This document shows positions 24,701 to 37,547 of a stretch of DNA of 64,000 nucleotides, one piece after another. The stretch is from NCBI RefSeq assembly GCF_963921235.1, contig NC_086097.1:200882001-200946000 (forward strand), written 5' to 3'. The translations under genes and the position numbers were made by a program. The stretch is from Mobula hypostoma (lineage: Eukaryota). The notes under the pieces were generated by a model. That model worked only from the letters and a program-made list of their open reading frames with translations, searched no databases and was not told where the DNA came from. Positions within the stretch are counted from its first letter, which is position 1. Each line of letters opens with the position of its first letter.

Positions 24701-27700
24701 ATGTGGTGCTGATGTAAGATTGGCCATGATCTTATCTATGTGACAGAACGGTTACAAGTAGCTGACACCTGTTTCGATTTCTTATCTTCCTGACCACCTT
24801 GACAGTAAAACTTTATTAAAATTTTCAATTATATGTTTTTTACAATAAATTTGTAATTGCACTTAAAGCAAACAATTATTCTGATTTGCCTTTTCAGTCT
24901 GTGGAGAAGCATCTCTACGCAACATTCAGCTAAGTCATGATTAACACTGGCAATGTAAGGTGTGGCAATTAATACTTGCAAGACTTTATATCTAATATTC
25001 AGTTTAGGTGAGCAGTAGGAAATGCATTCAATCATAGTTGACTTAAATCACAATTTGACTTTGATTTATTATTATTCAAGCCAAGGTGGTTCTGCAAATG
25101 TTTGCAATTTACTAACAGAATCAAGAGAACGATCAACTTTAATATAGAATGTCATCAAAACAGCATCACTGCTGCTATATTAAAGTATTTCTTAGTTTGC
25201 TTTTGGAGACAAAGTAAGAAGAATGGAATTAAGGTGCAACATTTGCAACATTGTCTGACAATCAACTTGTCTGATTTGTGAATAAATTTATTTCTCCATG
25301 TTGGCGTAATGTTTAGTAAGTTAGAGTAAACATGATCACACATATTAAACAGCAAAAGCGTTTATTGACTGCTATATCCAGACACGAACATATTTAAATC
25401 AGGAAAAAAAGAATTGTTTTTATTGTTAAATCCCATTTCACATGTTAGAAAAGTGCTGGAAAAAATCTCTGCAGGTCAGACAGCATCTATGGAAAGAGAA
25501 ACAGTTAATATCTCAGTTCTGAGAACATCACTGGCACAACTGTTGATATGTATTTCATTCAGATCCTCAGGAAGTTTGCTTTCAGTTTTGATCTTTTATA
25601 GAAAACTGAACCTATCAGGTTTATTTCAGTGCCTGTAGAGATTATCGGTTGAAAACTTCACTTTAGTATCATTTTACTCAATGTAATTCTATACAGCCAT
25701 CATGTATAAATACCAATAAATCATAATATATGTATACATTAATGTATATTACTATTACCTCAAAATTTATTAAGAAAAATAATCAAAGCTTTGAGATGAT
25801 ATATGCATTATGTGCTGAAAAACATCTAGATTCAGAAATAAAATGCAGTGCATCACAAAATCTTTCTGTTCTGTGGTATGTTAATGTCTTTGTGCTACTC
25901 GGCCTATTGGCACATCCATCCATACAATGGATCTTGTTTTATTAAGATTATTGCAACTGCTGTGCAGTGAATAAGAAAAACCTCAAGATAGTTTCACACC
26001 TAACATAAGGATATGCACTCTGCCACCTCTACATGAAATGGCTCTATCTTTTACTTCTGTCATCAACAGAACATACTCCATGAAAACAAAAGAGAAAATA
26101 AGTAACTTTATGAGCACTCCTTCAAAGGCTGGAATTTATTTTGGATCAGTGCTCATTATGAAGAGATCAACAAGAATGAGTGCAAATGGTATAAAGAAGT
26201 TAAACATAATGATTGATATCAATAATATGATCACAAATAATACTGAAATATCTAGTCTGCATTAAACGTAACTGTTGTGTACATCAAAGCGCATTGGAAT
26301 GAAGAATGAGGAAATGAACAATAAATTAAATCCTCAAAGATAAGAAATCAGCGAAAAGACCAATCTGCTTATTAAATATTCCATCTTTCAAGTTTCAAGC
26401 AAGTCCTTGTCCATTCCCTTTGTCTCTACTCAATTAGAAATCAATACAATCCTTTTGTGAATATATCTATGCCAATCTTTTCCCAAAGTCAACAAATACA
26501 CTTGAGATTAAACAAATTTAAGGGTAATTGTGCAGTAACATTTCCAAGCAAATAGTAAGGGGTTTCCCAGGAAATCTTCCTTTCAGTAAATCACAGGCTG
26601 CAGGTGTTCTGAAATGCAATGACTGTGAGAGGTGAATGCCATTGGGAGTTCCAAAGGACAGATCATTTCTTTAACTTCCTGAATATAAAACACACTGTCA
26701 CATTACTCTGTACTGGTTTTATGCAAAATATCTCTTTAGACCTTTCTTACTGATACTCATCATTATGAAAGCAAGGAGATAACCTTTTTAATCTTTCCTG
26801 TTCTAATAACATTTGATTGATCTTTTCCAAGCTATGAAATGGCCTTGTGACCTTTGTTTTCAGAGCAACTGAATTATTGCTGAATCCCGTGGATCATTTT
26901 TAATCCAGCTCTTCCTCATTTGTAGCTCTCAGCAAATTTTGACAGTCCATGAGAATTACGTTAGAAATGACAAAATGTATAAAGCTGTTGTAAACAATCG
27001 GATCTATAGTTTAGAAGAATCCTGTTGATTTTGGCAATGATGCTGAGATGGCCAACGATCACCCTTTATGATACGGAATGAGTCAGAAAAGAAAGTGGAG
27101 CTGAAGGCTGACATTTGGAGCACCTACATCTGGAGAAGTCATAATCAAACAGAAACGTGAATAGGTATGAAAAGGGAAACAAATAAAGAGGAAAAGTGAA
27201 CAACAGGAGAGATAATGGGAATAGGCAGAGGAGGAGTATACAAAGGCACAGAATTTTCTTTCTCCCCTTCATCAGATTTTGTTTTTCTTCTCTGTAGCTT
27301 CTCACTGTCTTTGCACATCTGAGGAGCCTCCCAAGATGCTTTCAAATTCATTTCAATGATTACCACTTAGAGGCCAACCTTGTGTTCTTTTACACCCTGG
27401 TGAAAAATACTTGATCAGTATTCAGTAATATTCTATCTGGTCCTTAGCATCATGATTTCATAAACAGGAATAATTTACTTTCTCTGAGCTCTGTGATAGT
27501 GTGCAGACCATTTGTGAAATGGTCACTCATGCACTCCTTACAATCAAGATACTTGCATAGTTATTGAATATTATTAAAACAAAGTTAACCAAAATATTTC
27601 CCAGTTTCAATTTAGTAATAAAAAATAATACTTCAGAGAATCATAGAAAAAAATGCTCATTTCCATAAAGAAGTTTAATCGCACTTTCTAATTATTGGTC

Positions 27701-27975
27701 CATATCTTAGTAGGCTGCAGTGCTTCGACTGCATAGCCAAGTACATTTTAAATTCTTTCTCCATCCCTTCAGTCAGTGAGCTGCAGAGCTATTGACCTAA
27801 AGTTGGTATGCTAAAGGAAATAAATCCTTCCTGTCCCTCTATCCAGGCATATCAATGTCAAAATTACATTTCAACTTAGCTTGCTCTATTCCAGAAAGAT
27901 CCAACTCCAGCCTATCCAATCACTCCTCATTGTTATAATTTTCTTGTCCTGGATATATTCACTTACATTTCTTTG

Positions 27976-28106
27976 TACTGATGAAGGGTCTCGGCCTGAA
28001 ATGTCAACTGTTTATTCGTTTCCACAGATTCTGTCTGACCTGCTGAGTTCCTCCAGCATTTTGTGTTACCCTGGATTTCCAGCATCCACAAAATCTCTTG
28101 TGTTTA
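27976..28106 (+). mobile_element. PLE terminal fragment (older subfamily) with near-intact hammerhead core
   Basis: CTGATGA-AGGGTCTCGGCCT-GAAATGTC-AACTG at 27978-28010. The 5' strand of helix I is missing or degraded. Confidence 0.8.
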
Positions 28107-29375
28107 TTGTTTCTAATGCTGTATTATGGTGATCAGAGTTGTGTTCAGCATTCCAGCTGTGGCATAATTTTTATACAAGGTATTCTGAGCAAGGGGATAG
28201 TATGTCTACTTAAGAACCTTAAATCCCTTCAGACTACCCAAGCTCCTTCTACTTCTCTACATTTCTCAACATCTTCTATTTCCTTGTGGTATCTGTCTTC
28301 CACAAATATATTATTTTGTATTCTGCTGGACTGGATTTTATTTGCCACTTTTTTGCTTGACTGTTCAGATCATGGTCCTATGGTATCTTCCAGAAGGTTA
28401 CAACTTTGGTGAATGGCAATAAACTTGACCTTCAAGTTGAACTTCAACTTGATTATACGTTTTTATCTCAGTAATATGAACTGAAGAAGCTACACTGTAG
28501 AACTAAAAAAAGCTATAGCTCATTAAAGAGATCTTTATGGCTAAAAGGAATGCAATATGTAATAAAAAAACTTGCATTTATATAGCACCTTTCACATCCA
28601 TTTATGGATATAACAAAAACAATTTACAGTACTATGTAGTGGATTTCCTATAATAAAGTTGGAAAAACTGATAATGATTTGCTCTAAATAAGCTTCTCTC
28701 AGGAAGCAACATGACATGTCCAGATATTATGTATCAGTGGTGTTGATTGAAGGATACCCAGGAAATAAACTCATGTAAACAAAAAGGCTGGTTGCTCATC
28801 AAAAGTTAAGATTTGTTCATGTTGGGACAGTTGACCTGGGAGCTGTGTAGCCTCAGTTGTAGCAAGAACTAGGTCTCAGGCCTCCGGCTTGCCTGCTGCT
28901 GCAGACCAGTTAAGAGATGCGGAAGAGCCCGTCGGTACTGTCCTCCCATGTTCGAGGGGTGGAATGACAGGCTGGATTGTGTTTGTCTGTACACAGCCGG
29001 GAGATTGTAGCATCAATTACTGGACATTGTCACTCGGGGCTGTGGACTATATATGTTGCTTTATTTCAAGTGAATATGCTTCTTTGCTCAATATTTTGAA
29101 ATATGTTACTAGCTATTTTTGAATGTTTGCTTGCTGTTTTGAATTTTTTGCACCTTGGCTCCAGTGGAACATCTCATTCTGCTGTATCTATGTATGGTTT
29201 GAGTGATACTTAAATTTGATTTGAATTGATTTGAGAAATTTGTGCGATGTTATTAAAAAATACCACAAGTATTAAGATCATACACAAATCCATACTATTC
29301 AAACACTAAGTGCTCTTTCTTTGATATAAGGAAACAAATATTGCAGACTAACTATGGCATAATATGGCACATATA

Positions 29376-30930
29376 CAATGCCTATAAAAAGCATTCAACC
29401 CTTTAGAAGTTTTCATGTTTTATTGTTTTACAGTATTTAGCTAAAGTGGACTTAATTTGGCTTTTCTTGATCAATAGAAAAAGACTCTTTGTGTCAAAGT
29501 GAAAACAGATCTCTACAAAGTGATCTAATTAAATATAAAGCACAAAATAATTGATTGCACAATTATTCACTCCCTTTAATATGACACACCAAATAATCAC
29601 TGGTGCAGCCAATTGGTTTTATAAGTTACATAATTAGTTAAATAGTGTTCACCATGTGCAGTCAAGGTGTTTCAGTTGATTGTAGTAAAAATACACCTGT
29701 ATCGGGAAGGTCCAACTGCTGGTGAGTCAGTATCCTGGGTAAAACTACACCATGAAGACAAAAGCACACTACAAGCAACTGTGCAAAAAGATTATTGAAA
29801 AGCACAAGTCAGGAGATGGATACAAGAAAATTTCCAAGTCACTAAATATCCCTTGGAGTACAGTTAAGTCAATCATCAAGAAATGGAAAGAATATGGCAC
29901 AGCTATAAATCTGCCTCTAGCAGGCTGTCCACAAAAACTGAGTAACTGTGCAAGAAGGGGTCTAGTGAGGGAGGCCACCAAGAGAAATGTGACTGCGCTG
30001 GAGGACGTATAAGCTTCAGTGGCTGAGATAGGAAAGACTGCGCATACAACTGTTGCCTGGGTGCTTCAACAGTCACATAAAATCTCCGATAGAGTTTACA
30101 AGAAGGCATGTAGGAGACACTGAAGTCAGCTGAAAGAATGTTCTATGGTCTGATGAAACCAAAATTGAGCTTTTTGGCCATCAGATTTAACTTTATGTTT
30201 GGCATAAGCCAAACACTGGACATCATCAAAAACACACCATCCCTACCGTGAAGCACAGTGGTGGCTGCATCATGCTGTGGAGATGCTTCACTGCAGCAGG
30301 CCCTGGAAGGCTTGTGAAAGTAGACGGTAAAATGAATGCAGCAAAATACAGGGAAACCTGATGCAGTTTGCAAGAGGACTGCAACTTGGGAGACGATTTG
30401 TTTTCCAGCAAGACAATGACAAGTTAGATCCAAGATGACCCCAAGCATAAAGCCAAAGCTACAGAAAAATAGCTTAAAAACAACAAAGTTAATGTCCTGC
30501 AGTGGCCAAGTCAGAGTGCAGACCTCAATCCAATTAAAATTTGTAGCTGGACTTGCAGAGATCTGTTTCCTCATGATCCCCATGCAATCTGACGAAGCTT
30601 GAGCAATTTTGTAAAAAAGAATGGGGAAAAATTGCAGTGTCCAGATGTGCAAAGCTGATGGAGATCTATCCAAACAGACTCAAGGCTATAGATTCTGTCA
30701 AAGGTGCATCTACGAAACACTGACTTGAAGGGGATGAATATTTATGCAATCAATTATTTTGTGTTTTATATTTAGATCACTATAGAGATCTGTTTTCACT
30801 TTGACACGGAAGAGTCTTTTTCTGTTGATCAGTGTCAAAAAAAGCCAAATTAAATTCACTGTGATTCAATATTGTAAAACAATAAAACATGAAAATGTCC
30901 AAGGGGTGTGAATGCTTTTTATAGGCAGTG
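29376..30930 (+). mobile_element. Tc1-family transposon, second copy of the same family; both TIRs present; transposase pseudogene
   Basis: TA|CAATGCCTATAAAAAGCATTCA ... TGAATGCTTTTTATAGGCAGTG. ORF 29752 reads MKTKAHYKQLCKKIIEKHKSGDGYKKISKSLNIPWSTVKSIIKKWKEYGT (paired-like HTH). Downstream stops, frameshifts and deletions. Confidence 0.96.
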
Positions 30931-31177
30931 TGTGTGTGTATAAATATATAGTCATTTGAAGCAGCAAAAAAGAAGTTTGCTATACACCACCATTGCTATG
31001 TATTTTCCTATTATATTACATTACTGACTATAATACAGACTACCGGATTTTAGTGCCATGGTCACAATCAACTGGGAATTACATAAAGTACAACTTCTAC
31101 AGAAGTAGGAAATACAGGATTTTGCTAAGTGGGGGGGTGTGTTTAATGTAGGGAGAGGAAGAGGTGTTATTCTAGGA

Positions 31178-31389
31178 ACACACATAAAAGTTGCTGGTGA
31201 ATGCAGCAGGCCAGGCAGCATCTCTAGGAATAGGTACAGTCGACGTTTTGGGCCGAGACCCTTCGTCAGGTCTCGGCCCGAAACGTCAGCTGTACCTCTT
31301 CCTAGAGATGCTGCCTGGCCTGCTGCATTCACCAGCATCTTTTATGTGTGTTGCTTGAAATTCCAGCATCTGTAGATTTCCTCGTGTTT
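31178..31389. mobile_element. Inverted (palindromic) PLE pLTR insertion with 14-bp TSD
   Basis: A minus arm (31178-31270) is joined to a plus arm (31269-31389). GTGTTATTCTAGGA is duplicated at 31164-31177 and 31390-31403. Confidence 0.9.
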
Positions 31390-32264
31390 GTGTTATTCTA
31401 GGACTTATTTTCTGCTTTGTGAGTTAATCTTATAAATATAGGCAGGGCAGGACATTTCATGCCCATGAAATTCACATCTTGTAATGGGTGAGGACACAAG
31501 GCTGCTTCCTGTATTTGAAACAGCCAAAGGTAGAGGAGGCCTGATTGCCAAGAATCTAAGCAACAGCCAATCAGCATTGGTCCACTTATGGGGGGGGGGG
31601 GGGTCGTCCTGCAGTTTTAAAAAAAACCTTAGACAGAAAGAAAGGCTGGGTGACTGCAGACAGACAAAAAAATATAGCAAGCAGATAACTCAGGACCCCT
31701 GCAACTCCATTCTCACTACTCTGCCTCTGCACACTGATGGGGAAGGGAATCTTCTGGGTTAGGTAACCACAGGCAAATGACAGCTGTCTCAGCAACGGGG
31801 GGGTGGGTGGAGAAAGAGTGCAACAGGTTTGAAGGATTCTGTGTTTAGGGGAGCAAAGTTTGGGGTTTTGCCTCTCTGCTGCAAGAGTCAAGGGAACTGC
31901 TGAATAAAGCATTGTGGGAAGGGGAGGACTGGCAACCAGAGGATGTGGTTCATCTTTCTGTCACAGAAAACAGAACGAGTACATGTGGTGTCATTAGAGA
32001 GATGCTTTCCATTCATAATCATAGATTAACACCGGCAATGCACATCAGGTTTATGAGAATTATTAGCCATTCTTATGGAATGGAGCATATGTATATTTCT
32101 CTGGCAAGTTCACCTTTTGGTAGGATTAGCTGATTATCATGCAAAATTGCACTGATTTTATAGGATTAACAATGGATAAATACCTAAAATCATATATGGT
32201 CTGTGGAATCGAACTTCAAGTTATTAAATGCGGTTTAAGTGCACACATTTTTGATGATGCTTTC

Positions 32265-32640
32265 TTATCACCCATTACAAGAAAGATGTAATTGCACTGG
32301 AGAAGCTGAGAAAATTTTACAAGAATGTTGTCAAGGCTGGAAATCTGTAGATATGATGAAAGACTGCATAAAGCTAAACTGAAGAAACTGAGGATGACTT
32401 AACTGAGGTGCATAAAATTATGAAGTGGTTAGATAAACAAGATCCTCCAAAAACTATTGATCCTGATTTTTGTAGAAACACAATCAATAGATTTAAAGTT
32501 TTTTTCAGAAGTATTGGAAGTAAATTAAGGGAAGCAAATTTCACCCAGAGGCTCTGGAAAGCACAGCCTTAAAGGGTGATAGGAATGCTCTTATAGAAGT
32601 ACACTTGAAGACCGATGACCTGCTGGGCTATTAGAATCTG
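32265..32640 (+). mobile_element. Old CR1-like 3' fragment
   Basis: Decayed KDVIALEK, FTRML and DL.EV.KIM motifs. Confidence 0.6.
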
Positions 32641-35600
32641 GAATTAAATTAGGTGGATCCTTTTTGAATGAAATCATGAATGGACTCTGGTGTTTACTTT
32701 AATTTATGATATCTATGATTTTAATCCCTAGCTTTCTAAAAGCTTCGACTTTGAATGACAGAGGTAAACACAATTTTCTGAGCACAACAAGAATTAAGCA
32801 ACTTTTCTTAATACTTATTAATAAAAGTTAATTTAACTCAATTTGAATATATGATCTCAGCAATGTGCACCTAAGTGGCTCTTAACTTTACATTAAATCG
32901 TGGTTAAATCAGTCCAAGTTCGCATGATAACAAGCTAATTCCACAAAAAAGGTTATGTTCAAGTGCACCTTTCTGTAATATTCCAATGGTGAATAATTAA
33001 TACCACAAATCTGACAAAATTTGCTGGTAAGAATATGAAATGGAAACATCTCATCAAATGGAACTAAACTTAATTTAATTTTGTGGCATTCTAAAAAAAT
33101 TAAACCAAAATATGTGGCTTCCATTAGGTGATATTCATATTATTACATTATTATTATTTTAGTTTATTTCCATAGTATATATGTCATTTTTAGAAATATG
33201 TACCACAATATGCCAATTTGCTAACAATAAAGTATGACAGTTAGGAAATGCTCTACAATGTGCCATGCAATGCTGAAGAGTTTTGCAATAACTACCTGTG
33301 GGAAAATTGTGTCATATCATCTCTGCGGGTAGTTATCACAGTTTTGAGACTACTGAACATAACACTATTGCCCATGTGATTTTGTAATAATGAACCAGAA
33401 GACACATGTGCACTTGGGAAACGAAGAGTTACCATAGTGATTATTGTTATTAGATTGCTTTTATTTTAAGGATCTGTAAAATATCTTCCTCCTTGCTGAT
33501 TCTTCTGATTTCCCTGTGATATGCACTGTCCGAGGTTCAGAGCACAACTGCAGGCATGATCCCATGTCTGTAAGATTGGTGTTCATGGGGAACTTCATGA
33601 CAACAGTCTGGAAATAACCTTTACTCTGACTTTTCCTCCTTCCCTGTATAGCTATCCTTCATACAATATCCCACACTGTGCCATGGCCCAGGATGAAGAC
33701 TGGTGCAAAATTATATTCTGCAGAATCTTACCCTTTCTATTCCAACATTCTCATCCTACACTTCTAGGTCCTCTGCTTCTTCTCCGATTCCCCTTTCTTT
33801 GGATGCCTCAGCATGGTAATATCTCAATGGACTCATTGCTGTTTAAAGTACTTAAAATTCTCTGATTCTCAAAAAGTTGAGATGTCAAGTACTATACTAT
33901 GAGCTAGACTGAGGTGAAGGTAAACATTCCTTCATTTTTACAACAGCTCATTAATTTATCGTACTGCCAAGTTTGATTTCAGCATGATTTGACAATTTAT
34001 AGTCACTGAGATGACAAAATGCAGAAAATGGTAACTTACGTTTCAAGTTAAAATATTTTAAAACAAATTGTTAATAAATAGGATACTGCATGCCAAGAGT
34101 CTGAAGGCCACGTTCAAAACAGAATTAAGTCAGGTAACTCTGCTATCACCTTCCTTTTTACTATGCTCTAGTCATGGTCCTTTTTGTAATAATTATCTGA
34201 ATGAAACTATATGGTAAAGAAAAAAATATGAGATGTTTATATTAAGTGACAACGATAAAATAGAAATTATTACAAGACACAAGTAATTGACAAGTATTTA
34301 CAAAAAAAGTCTACTGTCAGACACATTATTCTTTTATCTTACTTCCATTGCTTCAAATTATGTTCATAAATATGAATTCCTCCAGTGTAGTAACAGAAGA
34401 ATGCTGCAGCTAAAAGGCTAATATTCATATCATCACATGACACTGTGTGCTTTTACTGGTATGCCACATTATACTGCTATCAGTCTTCCTGAGCAATACA
34501 CTTTATGCCACCCAGATAGATTATGATTGAACTTCACAACCCTTCGCTATTCTGCATCTAGTCAAATGTTTTGATGCTGAGTCACAGAAAACACTGCACA
34601 TAAAATCAATAATGAAATGCGAACTACCACTGATTGAGTACTAACAGTTAATGTAAAGTATGTGCTGATCTATATCTGGGGACAGTAGCATGCATTTCAA
34701 CAATTGATATAGCACATGTTATGGAAATTAATAAGACCATAAGATAAATGAGCAGAATTAGGCCATTCGGCCCATTGAGTCTGCTCCACCATTCGATCGC
34801 AGCTGATTTATTTTTCCCTCTTGTAATAAGTACACTCAATGACTTGGCCTCCACAACCATTTGCAGCAATGAATTCCACAGATTCACCACCCTCTGGCTA
34901 AAGAAATGCCCCTGTTCTAAAAGGACACTCTTTTATTCTGAGACTCTCCCCACTGGTCCTACACTCTCCCACTATTGGAAGCATCCTCCCCACATCTACT
35001 CTATCCAGGCCTTTCAATATTTGGTAGTTTTCAGTGAGATCCACCTCATTTTTCTAAACTCCTGTGAATACAGGCCCAGAGTCATCAAATGCTCTTCAAA
35101 CATTAAACCTTTCATTCCCAGGATTAATCTCACAAACTTCCCCCGAATCTTTTCCAATGCCAGCACATGCTTCCTTAGAAACCTGTTCACAATCCTCCAA
35201 ATGTAATCTGCTTTATAAGCCATCAGCATTGCATCCATGTTTTTATATTCTAGTCCTTAAAAATGAATGATAAATTTGCATTTGTCTTCCTTACTACCAA
35301 CTCAATCAGCAAGTTAACCTTTAGGGAATTCTGCATTAGGATGCCGAAGTGCCTTTGCACCTCTTTTTTTTTAATCCTCTCTTCGTGTAGAAAATACACT
35401 ATGCCAAAATGCATGACCACACACTTCCCAACACAGTTTTCCAACAGTCACTTCTTTGTGCATTCTCTTAACCTGTCCAAGGCCTCTGCAGACTCATTGC
35501 TTTCTCAACATGGCCTGATCCTCCAACTATCTTTGAAACCTCCACAAACTTTGTCAGAAAGCCATCAATTCCATCATCCAGATCAGTAATATTTAAAGTG

Positions 35601-36197
35601 AAATGCAGCAGACCAAACGCCAAACCCTGCAGAACACCACTAGTCACCGGCAGCCAACTAGAAAGGCCCCCTTTATTCCCATCATTTGCCTTCTCCTAGT
35701 CAGTAAATCTTCTATCTATACTAGTACCTTTCCTGTAATAGCATAAGCTCCCATCTTGTTTAGCAACCTCATATGTGGAACCTTATCAAAGGTCTTCTGA
35801 AAATCTAACTATACACCATCCACTCCACTGACTCTCAAATGTCTATCCTGCTTGTTACCTCCTCAAAGACTTCAAAAAGATTTTATCAAGCAAGGTCTCC
35901 CCTTAAGGAAACCATGCCAACTTTGGCATATTTTACCACATGCTTCCATATACCCCAAAAGCTCATCCTTAATAATGCACTCCTAACATCTGTTGACCAC
36001 CGAAATCAGACTAACTGGCCTATAATTTCCTTTCTTTTGCCTCCTCTCTCCTTAAAGAGTGAACTGACATTTTTGATTTTACAGTACTCTGGACCATTCC
36101 TTACTCTAGTGATTCTTGAAATATCATTACATTACCTCCCCAATCTCCTCAGAACTCTGTAATGTAGTTTATTCCAGTTCAGGGAACTTATCCACCT

Positions 36198-37272
36198 TAG
36201 ACCATAAAACATAGGCGCAGAATTAGGCCATTCAGCCCATTGAGTCTGCTCTGTCATTCTATCATGGCTGATGCTGGATCCCACTCAACCCCATACACCT
36301 GCCTTTTCACCATATCCTTTGATGCCGTGACCAATCAGGAAACTATCAACTTCCACTTTAAATATACCCATGGATTTGGCCTTCACCGCAGTCTATGGCA
36401 GAGCATTCGACAGAATTACTACACTCTGGCTAGAGAAATTCCTCCTTACCTCTGTTCTAAAAGGTCACCCCTAAATTTTGAGGCTGTGCCCTCTAGTTCT
36501 GGATACCCCAACCATACGAAACATCATCTCCACATCTTCCTTATCTAGTCCTTTCAACATTTGATAGGTTTCAATGAGAATCCCACCCCCACCCCTGCAT
36601 TTTTCTAAATTCCAGTGAGTACAGGCCCAAATGCAGCTTATCTGTTAACCTCTTCATTCCTGGAATCATCCTCATGAACTTCCTCTGTATTCTCTCCAAT
36701 GACAACACATCCTTTCTGAGATATGGGTCCCAGAAGTGTTGATAATACTCCAAATGTGACTTCATGAGTTTCTTATAACGCCTCAGCATTATCTCCTTCC
36801 TTTTATATTTTATTCTCCTTGAAATAAATGCCAACATTGCATTTGCCTTCTTTACCACAGACTCAACCTATAAATTAACCTTCTGGGAGTCTTGCACAAG
36901 GACTCATAAGTCCCTCTGCACCTCTGAAGTTTAAATTTTCTCCCCATTTAGATAATAGTCTGCACTATTGTTCCTTTTACCAAAATGTATTGTCATACAT
37001 TTCCAAACACTATATTCCATCTGCCACTTATTTGCCCATTCTTCCAATTTGCCTAAGTTCTGCTGCAATCGCATTGCTTCCTCAGCACTACCTACCCCTC
37101 CACCTATCTTTGATTCATCTGAAAATTAGCTACAAAGCCATCAGTTCCATTATCTAAATCATTGGTAAACAATGAGAAAAGTAGTGATTCCAATACTGAA
37201 CCCTGAGGAACACCACTAGTCACCACCAGCCAACCAGAAAACACCGCATTTATTCCCACTCACTCCCTGTCA
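36198..37272 (-). mobile_element. Nested 5'-truncated CR1-like LINE
   Basis: ORF 36571-36858 reads VKKANAMLAFISRRIKYK...LERIQRKFMRMIPGMK; it has its own 3' tail at 36198. Confidence 0.9.
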
Positions 37273-37547
37273 GCCCTTCACTTTAGACCTTCCAGCTTCC
37301 CAAGCACCTTCTCTTTAGTAGTAGCATCTGCACTCAGGTCTACCCACTAAAACTCACGAATTTATAGCATGTTGATGATGTCATCCATAGTAAGGACTGA
37401 CATAAAATACTTATTTAGTTCATTTGTCATTTCTTTGTTCCCCATTACCACTTTTCCAACATCATTTTGGGCAGTCCAATGTTCATTCTTGCCTCTCTTT
37501 TACTCTCGATTTATCTGAACAAAAAAATTAGTATCCTCTTTTATATT

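Noticed and set aside
28800..29235. GC-richer block ending in a (TTGA[A/T])n tail
   Set aside because: Most likely the 3' UTR of an unclassified non-LTR element; no diagnostic motif to call it.
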